Origin: an uncultured Gammaproteobacteria bacterium
GTDB lineage: Bacteria; Pseudomonadota; Gammaproteobacteria; Xanthomonadales; Rhodanobacteraceae
Length of the DNA stretch: 64,000 nt
Direction: 5' to 3'
NCBI GenBank assembly: GCA_963847335.1
Contig: CAWJZF010000004.1
Span: 269,063 to 333,062 of the forward strand
The notes beneath the pieces are model-generated. The model was not told where the DNA came from and searched no databases. It was given only the letters and a program-made list of their open reading frames with translations. How positions within the stretch are numbered: position 1 is the stretch's first letter; every line of letters begins with the position of its first letter. Positions 24,376 through 33,568 of this stretch are shown piece by piece. The position numbers and the translations under genes were made by a program.

Positions 24376-24938
24376 GCGAGAACGTCGCCGCGACCGTCGC
24401 ACCGGGTGACATGCCCGTTGGCCAGCCTCAGGGCGCCTCGTCATCGGCGTCTTGGACTACTACGTCCGCCCACCTCTTGGGCTCAAGCCCAGCTGAGCCG
24501 GCCGCAGAGGCGCCCTCAGGCGGCGATGAACTGCCGCAGGCCGCCGAGGGTGTCACCGCCCAGGCGTTGCCGCCGGAAGAGCGCGTGGTGCCTGTGACGC
24601 CCGCCGAGACGATCGCCGCGTTGCGCGAATACAACCCGGCTATCGAGCAGAAAACGGCACAGCTGGCCGAGGCGCTGATTTCCCGCGCCCTTGCCAGCCC
24701 GCCGAGCGCGGCAGACCTCGCCGCCAGTGGCGCCCAGTGCATGGATCTCCTGCGCGCGCAGCACGGCCCGAAGGCCGACACCATCCTGCAGATGGCGCGC
24801 GATGAAATGGTGCACATGACGAAGACGTTTCCCGGCTTGCCGGAAATCCTCGATACGTCGGGCTACGGCAATAGCGCCTGGCTGATCGGGGAACTGGCAA
24901 AGTCCGGTTTCGCTCGTCGACACAAAGCGGGCAGGTAA
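24372..24938 (+). CDS. Putative capsid scaffolding-like protein
   Basis: Low-complexity P/A/E N-terminus and C-terminal LRAQHG...LPEILDTSGYGNSAWLIGELAKSG, reminiscent of podovirus scaffolds. Confidence 0.45.
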   Translation: MSENVAATVAPGDMPVGQPQGASSSASWTTTSAHLLGSSPAEPAAEAPSGGDELPQAAEGVTAQALPPEERVVPVTPAETIAALREYNPAIEQKTAQLAEALISRALASPPSAADLAASGAQCMDLLRAQHGPKADTILQMARDEMVHMTKTFPGLPEILDTSGYGNSAWLIGELAKSGFARRHKAGR

Positions 24939-25465
24939 TGGCGCGCACGCTCACCGTCAAGCAACTGGCTTTCATTGCCGGCATTAAGGCCGGCAAGACC
25001 GGTGTGGATGCCGCAATTGCCGCCGGCTACTCGGTGAAATCCGCTCGCCACGCCGCATACCAGTTGTTGGAAACCAAGCTCGTTCGCGCCGAAATAGATC
25101 GGGTGCATGAGGAACTGCGCGCCAAGACGATGTACGACCTGGAGACGGCCATGACCGAGTGCGGGGAAGGGCTGCAGCTTGCGTACAAGACGAACAACGC
25201 CAGCGCCGCGCAGAAGTTCGTGGAGTTGCGTTCGAAGCTCAACGGCCTGCTGATCATCAAGCAAGAAATCAGCGTCGACAACCGCGTCGACATCGCCAGT
25301 GCCTTGGCTGATGCACGCGCCAGGATCGCGATGCGACCTATGTGCGACCCAGTCGACATGATCGAGGGCGAGATTGTTGCCGCGCCTCGCGTTGGCCACG
25401 AAAGAGCGCCTGATTGTGAATCAGTGGGGGGCGGTTTTGCCAATCCGCTCGACGTGAATTTGTGA
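24938..25465 (+). CDS. Terminase small subunit
   Basis: LTVKQLAF...AAIAAGYSVKSA...LL N-terminal HTH typical of TerS. Confidence 0.8.
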   Translation: MARTLTVKQLAFIAGIKAGKTGVDAAIAAGYSVKSARHAAYQLLETKLVRAEIDRVHEELRAKTMYDLETAMTECGEGLQLAYKTNNASAAQKFVELRSKLNGLLIIKQEISVDNRVDIASALADARARIAMRPMCDPVDMIEGEIVAAPRVGHERAPDCESVGGGFANPLDVNL

Positions 25466-25982
25466 CCGCCGCATCGCCACCAGCTATATCGGCAACGGGG
25501 TGACCACCGGGTTCCCGGTTCCGTTCTATTGGCTGGTCGACACAGACATCAAGGTATCGCAGAAGGCGGTCGCGACAGGCGTCGTCACCGTCCTCACCCT
25601 CAATAGCGATTACACGTTGACGGGCGCGGGTGACGAAGGTGGCGGTTCCATGACGCTGGCCGTCGCACCATTGGCCGGCGACTCGCTGTATGTCGAGCGG
25701 GATGTCGCCGTCGTCCAGCAAACGGCGTACCCGACGAACGGCCCGTTCCCTGCTTCGAGCCACGAGCGTGCGCTGGATCGGTTGACGATGATCGCGCAGG
25801 AATTAAAATCTACGACAGGTCGCGCGCTGATTCGTGATCCGCTGGGCTCGGTATACGACCTCGGCACGAACACGCTGATTAACGGTGGCACGGCATCCAA
25901 CCCCACAGATATCCCCACGTACCAGCAAGTACAGGGGTTGATCGTTGCTGGCGCGGCGCCCGCCCTGGCGGGTCCCAGCGGC
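25462..25982 (+). pseudogene. Truncated podovirus-type tail-fibre N-terminal domain
   Basis: SYIGNGVTTGFPVPF...DYTLTGAG..GGG...YPTNGPFPASSHERALDRLTMIAQEL; runs into the antisense tRNA; GTG at 25462 is out of frame with the body. Confidence 0.75.
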
Positions 25983-26062
25983 GGTGGGATTCGAACCCAC
26001 GGTGCGCTTACACGCACGCCTGATTTCGAGTCAGGTACATTCGACCACTCTGCCACCTCTCC
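25983..26062 (-). tRNA. tRNA-Ser(CGA), interrupted: 80 nt through the T arm, missing the last 10 nt
   Basis: GGAGAGG...CCTGA-CTCGAAA-TCAGG...GTGGGTTCGAATCCCACC then foreign sequence. Confidence 0.9.
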
Positions 26063-26104
26063 GATGCGGTCGACGGCGAGGGCTTGAACCCCGCCGGGCC
26101 CGCA

Positions 26105-26133
26105 ATGATACGAGGTGTTCCCGACCGTGACAA
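26105..26133 (-). promoter_or_regulatory. Sigma70 promoter of tRNA-Ser(CGA)
   Basis: Minus strand TTGTCA-17 bp-TATCAT with GC-rich discriminator. Confidence 0.65.
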
Positions 26134-26221
26134 CTCCCGTCACATCCGGCATGCTGGCACCGTGCGGGTGGGGGCGCCCACACCTTCCCACGGCTACCCA
26201 TCCGGACTTTCCAACCCAGCC

Positions 26222-26926
26222 ATGATCGAATTCGGACACGGTACGCACGCGGGTCTGCGCCGCTCGCGCAACGAAGACACCTATTACGCCGATGCCGCGC
26301 TCGGGCTCTTCCTCGTCCTCGACGGCATGGGCGGGCATCGCTACGGCGAGGTCGCCTCGGCTTTCGCCCGCGATGGCGTGGTGGAGCGCGTGGCCCGCGG
26401 CCAGTCCCTGCTGGAGGCGATCGAGCAGGTGAACGTCGAACTGAGCGGCCGCGCGCGTTCGTCCACCGAGGCGCGACCGATGGGGACCACGATCGCGGCC
26501 CTGCGCGTCGCGGCCGAGGGTTACGAAGCCGCCTGGGTCGGCGACAGCCGTATCTACGTGTATCGCGACAGCCTTGCCCAGGTCTCGCACGATCACTCGC
26601 TGGTCCAGGCCATGGTCGAGGCCGGCGAGCTCGATCCGGGCCAGGCCAGCCGCCATCCGCAGCGCAACGTGCTGACCCAGGCGCTCGGCATCACCGCGCC
26701 GGAGCAGTTGCATATCGGCATCGCTCGCGGAAGTTTCGAGCGCGGCATGCGTTTCCTGCTGTGCACGGACGGGCTGACCGAGGAAGTAGGCGACGCGACG
26801 ATCGGTACGATCATGTCGCGCGCCGACCTGGCGGCCCAGGAATGCGTGGACCAGTTGCTGCTCGAGGCGCTGTCCACCGGCGCGCGCGACAATGTCACGG
26901 CGATCCTGTTGCGCGCGGCGCTGTAG
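26222..26926 (+). CDS. PP2C-family Ser/Thr phosphatase
   Basis: RSRNED, DGMGGH, MGTT, VGDSR, LLCTDGL, DNVT. Confidence 0.93.
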   Translation: MIEFGHGTHAGLRRSRNEDTYYADAALGLFLVLDGMGGHRYGEVASAFARDGVVERVARGQSLLEAIEQVNVELSGRARSSTEARPMGTTIAALRVAAEGYEAAWVGDSRIYVYRDSLAQVSHDHSLVQAMVEAGELDPGQASRHPQRNVLTQALGITAPEQLHIGIARGSFERGMRFLLCTDGLTEEVGDATIGTIMSRADLAAQECVDQLLLEALSTGARDNVTAILLRAAL

Positions 26927-26966
26927 TTCGACACCCTTTGTCCCATCCCCTCCCGCGGAACCCCCC

Positions 26967-27374
26967 ATGAGCCTTATCGAAGTCCCCGTTTCCTATGGCG
27001 AGCTGATCGACAAGATCACCATCCTGGAGATCAAGTCGGTGCGGATGACCGACGCATCGAAGCTGGCCAACGTGCGCAACGAACTGGAGTTGCTCGGTGC
27101 CACCTGGGGGAATGCCACGGCGTCGGAAATCGATATTTCCGCCGAACGCACGCGCCTGCACGCGGTGAACGCATCGCTATGGGACATCGAGGACCGGATC
27201 CGCCTGAAGGAACGCGCGCAGGCCTTCGACGCCGAGTTCATCGAACTGGCCCGTTCGGTGTACTTCCAGAACGACGAGCGTGCCGCGATCAAGCGCGAGA
27301 TCAACCTGAAGCTGGGCTCGGAGCTGGTCGAGGAAAAGTCCTACCAGGATTACCGCGCGCCCTCGGCGGGCTGA
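26967..27374 (+). CDS. DUF6165-like protein
   Basis: VSYGELIDKITILEIK...LWDIEDRIR...LARSVYFQNDERAAIK...EEKSY. Confidence 0.75.
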   Translation: MSLIEVPVSYGELIDKITILEIKSVRMTDASKLANVRNELELLGATWGNATASEIDISAERTRLHAVNASLWDIEDRIRLKERAQAFDAEFIELARSVYFQNDERAAIKREINLKLGSELVEEKSYQDYRAPSAG

Positions 27375-28418
27375 TCGTCCAGGTAGGCGGCGCAGGCTTC
27401 GAAGCGCTCGATCACGTCGTCGACCGCGATCAGGTCCATCACCCCGGGGTATTCGATCTTGGTGCCCCAGGCGATCTGGCTGGCCGGCTTCTTCAGGAAC
27501 CTCCGCGAAGCCTCGTCGTATTTGTCCACGCACCAGCGCCGGTCCGAATAGGGGCCCGAGCGCTGCGGGTTGCTCGGCGCGTGCAGGCCGAGCACCTTGA
27601 TGCCGACCGCGTTGGCCATGTGCATCGGACCGGAGTCCGGGGTGAGGATCATCCGGCTGCGCGCCAGCAAGGCCATGAACTGCTTCAGGGTGTCCTTGCC
27701 GGTGAGGTCCAGCGGTGCGACCCGGGTCTGGGCGAGGACGGCATCGGCCATGGCGCGCTCGGCATCGGACGGTCCGCCGACGAGGACCACACGCATACCC
27801 TTGCGCGCGGCATGGTCCATCACCGCGGCATAGCGCTCCGGGCGCCAGTTGCGCAGCGCGTGGCTCGAGGTGGGGCTGACCAGCAGGGTCGGCGCATCGC
27901 CGGGCAGTTGCTCCGCGGCCCAGGCATGGGCCTCGTCGGCGACCGGGATGTCCCAGCGCACCTCGGTCTGCTTCAGGCCCAGCGGTTCGATGAAGCTGGC
28001 CATCGCGTCGAGCACATGTTCGCCGCTGCGTGCCGGAATGCGTTCGTTGACGAACAGGCCATGCAGGTCCTTCGAGCGTGCATGGTCGTAGCCGATCCGC
28101 CGTTTCGCCTTGACCGCGAGGCTGAGCAGGTTCGAACGCAGGGCGACCTGCATGTGCAGCAGCGCGTCGAAACGCTTGCCGGCCAGCGCCTCGCGTACCG
28201 CGCGCATGCCCTCGCGGCCCTTGCCCTTGTCGAAGACGACGAAGTCCACGCCAGGCAGGTCGCCGACCAGGCGGTTTTCCAGCTTGCCGATGATCCAGGT
28301 CAGGGCGGTGCCCGGGGACTTCGCCTGCAGGGTCCGGATCAGGGGCACGACATGGGTCACGTCGCCGATGGCGGAGGTGCGCAAGCAGACAGATGCTGGC
28401 GAGCGATGACGGCGGCAT
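27350..28418 (-). CDS. GT9 LPS heptosyltransferase-family protein (1-nt frameshift near 28382)
   Basis: ICLL/RTSAIGDV start motif split by one extra base; DSGPMHMA. Confidence 0.88.
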
Positions 28419-28470
28419 GGGATGGCTTGGTAGACTCACGTTTTGCGATGGTGGCCGTGAAGACGGGGCA

Positions 28471-29196
28471 ATGACGAGCGAACGGATCGATGACGACGCG
28501 ACGGGGGCGATTCTGTTCGACCCGGCAAGCGTCCCGCAAGTCACCGGCGACTGGTTCGATCCGGCGTTCTGGCGGGCCGGCGAACGCCTGCGCGAACAGG
28601 GCGGCGGCCGGGGCGGCGTGGCCATCGTACAGACGCCCGCCGGCGAATGCGTGCTTCGCCATTACCGGCGCGGCGGCATGGTCGCGAAGCTCCTCGGCGA
28701 CCGCTATCTGTGGACGGGCCGCGATCGTACGCGGAGCTTTCGCGAGTTTCGCCTGCTCGCGGCCCTGGCCGGGCGCGGCCTGCCGGTGCCGGCGCCGGTG
28801 GCCTCGCGTTACGTGCGCCATGGCATGCGCTATCGCGCCGACCTGATCATGCGTCGCATCGCCGATGCGCCGACCCTGGCCGAATGCCTGGCCGACGGTC
28901 GGCTCGATGGCGCGCTGGCGGCGCGAGTCGGCGAACTGGTCGCGCGTTTTCATCGCCAGGGCGTCTGGCATGCCGACCTGAATGCGCACAATGTGCTGGT
29001 CGGCGCGGATCGGCTTTACCTGATCGATTTCGATCGCGGCGAACTGCGCGCCGAAGGCCGGGTCTGGCGCGCGGCCAATCTCGAGCGCTTGCGCCGTTCG
29101 CTGCTCAAGCTCGGTGCCGCCGAACGCGGCGGGAATTTCCAGCACGACATCTGGACACCCCTGGTCCAGGAGTATGAACGGAGCTTCCGCGCATGA
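28471..29196 (+). CDS. kdkA: Kdo kinase
   Basis: GGRG, LRHYRRGG, HADLNAHN, LIDFD. Confidence 0.92.
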   Translation: MTSERIDDDATGAILFDPASVPQVTGDWFDPAFWRAGERLREQGGGRGGVAIVQTPAGECVLRHYRRGGMVAKLLGDRYLWTGRDRTRSFREFRLLAALAGRGLPVPAPVASRYVRHGMRYRADLIMRRIADAPTLAECLADGRLDGALAARVGELVARFHRQGVWHADLNAHNVLVGADRLYLIDFDRGELRAEGRVWRAANLERLRRSLLKLGAAERGGNFQHDIWTPLVQEYERSFRA

Positions 29197-29951
29197 ACTG
29201 GACCCTGCATTTCCTTGGTACCGGCGCCGCGCACGCCGCCGAACTCGGATCGTCCGCGGCGGTGATCGAACGCGACGGGCGCCCGTTGCTGCTTGTCGAT
29301 TGCGGTCCGGACACGCTCGACCGCTACATGGCGGCCTACGATGCGCCGCCCGAAGCGCTGTATATCACCCATGTGCACATGGACCATGTCGGCGGCATGG
29401 AGCGGCTGTTCGCGCGCCTCTGGTTCGACGATGCCTGGCGCGGCCGCACCCGGCTCTTCGTGCATGCGGCGCTGGTGCCATGGCTGCAGGGCAGGGTGGC
29501 CGACTATCCCGGCGTGCTGGCCGAGGGTGGCGTCAACTTCTGGGAGGCCTTCCGGCTGATCCCGTGCACGCGCGGCTTCTGGCACGAGGACTGGTGGTTC
29601 GACGTCTTCCCGACGCGCCACCACGTCCAGGGCACCTCATACGGCCTCGCGCTGGAAGGAAGCGTCGTCTTTACCGGGGATACGCGGCCGATTCCCGAAG
29701 CGCTGGCGCGCTACGCGCAGGCCGGTGAACTCATCGCCCACGATTGCGGCGTGCTCGGGAATCCTTCGCATAGCGGTATCGACGATCTTGAGCGTGAATA
29801 CGACGACGCGATGCGCGCGGCCCTGCTGCTTTATCACTACGGCAGCACCGAGGAAGGCGACGACCTGGAAAGCCGTGGCTACCACGTCGCCCGCCCGGGC
29901 CAGCGCATCGTCCTGCCGGCGCCACGACCGCCCCGTGCCGACGCCGGATAA
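29193..29951 (+). CDS. Metallo-beta-lactamase-fold hydrolase
   Basis: FLGTG, LVDCG, THVHMDH, FTGDT. Confidence 0.85.
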   Translation: MNWTLHFLGTGAAHAAELGSSAAVIERDGRPLLLVDCGPDTLDRYMAAYDAPPEALYITHVHMDHVGGMERLFARLWFDDAWRGRTRLFVHAALVPWLQGRVADYPGVLAEGGVNFWEAFRLIPCTRGFWHEDWWFDVFPTRHHVQGTSYGLALEGSVVFTGDTRPIPEALARYAQAGELIAHDCGVLGNPSHSGIDDLEREYDDAMRAALLLYHYGSTEEGDDLESRGYHVARPGQRIVLPAPRPPRADAG

Positions 29952-30052
29952 GCACGAATCGCGCCGCCGCGCTTGTCTTGGCAGCCCCCCAGCCGGTATC
30001 CTTCCGCTTCTTTGCCGGGCGGGAAGCGCGGCGGAGAAGGTTTACCCAGTGC

Positions 30053-30143
30053 GGAGAGGTGTCCGAGTGGTTGAAGGAGCACGCCTGGAAAGTGTGTATA
30101 CGTGAAAAGCGTATCGCGGGTTCGAATCCCGCCCTCTCCGCCA
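30053..30143 (+). tRNA. tRNA-Ser(GGA)
   Basis: CACGC-CTGGAAA-GTGTG arm, long variable arm, CCA. Confidence 0.95.
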
Positions 30144-30200
30144 CATTGCAAGTGCGACAACCTCAAAGTTGGCGCAGGAAACATAGGACAACGCAGCGTG

Positions 30201-30318
30201 GGGCGGGATTTGAACCCGCTGCGGGTTCGACGAAATTGCCGGGAGCAATTTCGGACAGCGCGCAGCGCTGGCCCTCGCGTAGCGAGGGTGAGGCCCAGGA
30301 CGGGCCGAACAATCCCGC
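30201..30318 (+). repeat. tRNA-linked RtT-like structured repeat
   Basis: Inverted T-arm copy, then a T arm split by an 80-nt four-hairpin insert. Confidence 0.6.
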
Positions 30319-30378
30319 GCCGCAGGGTCACCCCGACCTGCAGCGAAGCGACACCGTAGTAACGAAAAACTGTCTTAT

Positions 30379-30488
30379 GGTGGCCCTGTCGGTCCCCCCG
30401 CGACGATAGTCTGTAAACTCCGCCAGGTCCGGAAGGAAGCAACGGCAGCAGATGACTCGGGTGCCGGGGTGTGGCTGGCAGGGCCGCC
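30379..30488 (+). ncRNA. ffs: Signal recognition particle 4.5S RNA
   Basis: CAGGTCCGGAAGGAAGCA domain IV; closing stem GGTGGCCCTGTC/GGCAGGGCCGCC; upstream of dnaX. Confidence 0.93.
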
Positions 30489-30570
30489 GCCTTTTCAGGG
30501 CCGCCGGCTCGGTGCTGACTTGACCCGCCCCGTACTTGGCACAATCCACCGTCGCCCCAAGGTATTCGGC

Positions 30571-32243
30571 ATGTCCTATCAGGTCCTCGCGCGCAAGTGG
30601 CGCCCCCGCAAGTTCGCCGAACTGGTCGGGCAGGAGCACGTCGTCCGCGCGCTGACCAATGCGCTCGATTCCGGGTCGCATGCACCATGCCTACCTGTTC
30701 ACCGGCACCCGTGGCGTCGGCAAGACGACGATCGCGCGCATCTTCGCCAAGTCGCTCAACTGCGAGCGCGGCGAATCGGCCGATCCCTGCGGTGAGTGCG
30801 CCGTCTGCACCGCGATCGATGCCGGTCGCTTCGTCGACCTGCTCGAGATCGACGCGGCCAGCAACACCGGTGTCGACGACGTGCGCGAGGTGATCGAGAA
30901 CGCGCAGTACGCGCCGTCGCGCGGGCGCTTCAAGGTGTACCTGGTCGACGAGGTGCACATGCTGTCCAAGCCGGCGTTCAACGCGCTGCTGAAGACGCTG
31001 GAGGAGCCGCCGCCGCACGTGAAGTTCCTGCTCGCCACGACCGATCCGCAGAAGCTGCCGGTGACGGTGCTGTCGCGCTGCCTGAAGTTCAACCTCAAGC
31101 GCCTGCTGCCCGAGCAGATCTCCGGGCAGATGCGCCACATCCTCGCCGCCGAAGGCATCGAATACGAGAACGAGGCGATCGGCGAGCTCGCGCGTGCCGC
31201 CGATGGTTCGTTGCGCGACGGCCTGTCGCTGCTCGACCAGGCGATCGCCTACGGCGGCGGCGCGCTGCGCGGCGAGCGACGTGCGCGCCATGCTCGGCAG
31301 CGTCGAGCGCGGCCAGGTGCGTCGGCCTGCTCGAGGCGCTGGCCGCCGGCGACGGCGACGCGCTGATGGCCGAGTGCGATCGCATCGCGTCGTTTCTCGC
31401 CGGACTTCGGCGGCGTGCTCGACGATCTGGCCACGCGTGCTGCATCGCATCCAGCTGATGCAGCTGGTGCCCGGTTACCGCGGGCGAGGACGGTGCCGAC
31501 GACAGCTTGCCGTCCCTCGCCGAACGCCTCGCCGCCGGAGGATGTGCAGCTGTGGTACCAGATGGCCACCACCGGCCGTCGCGATCTGGCCGCTGGCGCC
31601 GGACGCGCGTACCGGCTTCGAGATGGCGATGCTGCGCATGCTCGCGTTCCGTCCCGCCGACGAGGGCGGCAGCGCGGCACCGCGCCTGCCGCGGCACCGG
31701 CGGCGGCACGTCCGACGCCATCGCCCGCGCCGACCCGTTCGCGCCCCGGTCGCCGCACCATCCGTGTCGCAAGCGGTCACGCCCGCCGCGCCGCGCGTGG
31801 CACAGCGCCGGCGCGTTCGCGCCCGAACCGCTGGCCGTCGACGCGCATGGCCTGCCCGAACTGGGACGACCTGATCGAGCGTGCGAACCTGCGCGGCCCG
31901 CTCGGCCAGCTGGCCCAGAACGCATCGCTGCAGCGGCTCGACGGCGAGACGATGACGCTGGCGCTGCAAACCCACGCATATGCACCTGGCGGTCGAACCC
32001 ATGACCAGCCAGATGGAGGAGCGCATCGGCAACGCCATGCAACGGCGCGTGCGCCTGCGCTTCATCGCCGACGCGGGCAGCAGCCGAGACCCCGGCCGAT
32101 CGTGCGGCGCAGGCCCGCAGTGCATGCGCAGGCGGCCGCCGAGGAAGCCATCGAGAACGATCCCCTGGTACAGACGCTCAAGCGCGAGTTCGATGCGCGC
32201 GTCGTGCCGCAATCGATCAGACCCGTGGAGCCAGAGAACGTGA
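30571..32243 (+). CDS. dnaX: DNA polymerase III gamma/tau (many apparent frameshifts; end approximate)
   Basis: MSYQVLARKWRP, GTRGVGKTT, DEVHML, SRC motifs across frames. Confidence 0.9.
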
Positions 32244-32563
32244 AAGGACAGATCGGCCAGCTGATGCAGCAGGCGCAGCGCATGCAGGACGACATGAAGC
32301 GCGCGCAGGAAGAAATCGCCAAGCTCGAAGTCACCGGCAGCGCCGGCGGCGGCGTGGTCACCGTGACCATGAGCGGGCGCCATGAAGTGCGTCGCGTGCA
32401 GATCGATCGCAAGCTGTTCGCCGACGATCCGGAGATGGCCGAGGACCTGGTCGCCGCCGCCGTCAACGATGCGGTGAACAAGGTCGCCGAGGTCAGCAAG
32501 GGCCGCCTGGGCGGCGTCACCTCCGGGCTGAACCTGCCGCCCGGCTTCAAGATGCCGTTCTAA
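32240..32563 (+). CDS. ybaB: YbaB/EbfC nucleoid-associated protein
   Basis: LMQQAQRMQ...GSAGGGVV...EDLVAAAVNDA...PPGFKMPF. Confidence 0.92.
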   Translation: MKGQIGQLMQQAQRMQDDMKRAQEEIAKLEVTGSAGGGVVTVTMSGRHEVRRVQIDRKLFADDPEMAEDLVAAAVNDAVNKVAEVSKGRLGGVTSGLNLPPGFKMPF

Positions 32564-32565
32564 GG

Positions 32566-33167
32566 ATGAGCAACGTGATCGCGCCTGCTCGGCGAACTGA
32601 TCGACGCCCTGCGCTGCCTGCCGGGCGTCGGCGCGAAGAGTGCGCAGCGCATGGCCTTCCATCTGCTCGAACGCGAGCGCGAGGGCGGCCTGCAACTTGC
32701 CGGCGCACTCGAGCAGGCCATGCGCGAAGTCGGCAACTGCACGCGCTGCCGCAACTTCAGCGAAGAACCGGTGTGTTCGCTATGCGCGAGCACCAGCCGC
32801 GATCGCCAGGTGCTGTGCGTCGTCGAGTCGCCGACCGATCTGGTGGCGATCGAGCAGGCGACCGGCTATCGCGGCCAGTACTTCGTGCTGCTCGGCCGGC
32901 TGTCGCCGCTCGATGGCCTCGGTCCGGAAGAACTCGGTCTTGCCGCTGCTCGCGGAGCGGCTTGGCGAAGGCGAGATCGAAGAGATGATCATCGCCACCA
33001 ATCCGACCGTCGAAGGCGAGGCGACCGCGCATTACATCGCGCAGCTGGCGCGGGCGGCCGGCGTGCGACCGACCCGGCTGGCGCATGGCGTGCCGCTCGG
33101 CGGCGAACTGGAGTACGTCGATCGCGGCACGCTGGCGCATGCTTTCGGCAGCCGTCAGTCCCTCTGA
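32566..33167 (+). CDS. recR: Recombination mediator RecR (frameshifted)
   Basis: [22 protein letters not shown] zinc finger, [10 protein letters not shown]. Confidence 0.92.
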
Positions 33168-33176
33168 GGAATCTTC

Positions 33177-33522
33177 ATGAGCGACACCATCTTCGCGCAA
33201 GATCGTCCGTCGCGAGATTCCCGCCGATATCGTCTACGAAGACGATGACGTGCTCGCTTTCCGCGACCTCAATCCGCAGGCGCCGGTGCACGTGTTGTTC
33301 GTTCCCAAGCGGGCGATCGCCACGCTCGACGATGCGCAGCCGGACGATGCGGAATTGCTCGGCAAGCTGCTGCTCGCGGCGGCCACGTACGCGCGCGCGC
33401 AGGGCCTGGCGAAGGATGGCTATCGCACCGTGATCAACTGCAACGAGCATGGCGGGCAGACGGTGTTCCATCTGCACGTGCACCTGCTCGCCGGGCGCCA
33501 GATGCATTGGCCGCCGGGCTGA
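33177..33522 (+). CDS. HIT family nucleotide-binding protein (frameshift near 5' end)
   Basis: [14 protein letters not shown] and [11 protein letters not shown] histidine triad. Confidence 0.9.
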
Positions 33523-33536
33523 GGCAGCGCACCCGA

Positions 33537-33568
33537 AAAAAAGCCCCGTCTTGCGAGGGGCTTTTTTA
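33537..33568. terminator. Bidirectional terminator
   Basis: A6-GCCCC...GGGGC-T6 between convergent genes. Confidence 0.7.

Larger units (their letters stand above)
22379..25982 (+). mobile_element. Phage-satellite / prophage remnant within tRNA-Ser(CGA)
   Basis: Bounded by the two tRNA parts; carries HTH, TerS and tail-fibre-like genes; AT-richer intergenic DNA than its flanks. Confidence 0.85.

Noticed and set aside
22379-25982. Self-splicing intron in tRNA-Ser
   Set aside because: Bacterial tRNA group I introns lie in the anticodon loop; no ribozyme core or reverse transcriptase is recognisable and the cargo is phage-like.
25966-25982. Alternative acceptor end ...GGGACCCGCCA rescuing the broken tRNA
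   Set aside because: The CCA lies 7 nt too far and the intervening bases pair poorly with GGAGAGG.
30571-32243. Programmed ribosomal frameshift in dnaX (gamma/tau)
   Set aside because: No AAAAAAG slippery site or long A run is visible, and shifts occur throughout the gene including the ATPase domain.
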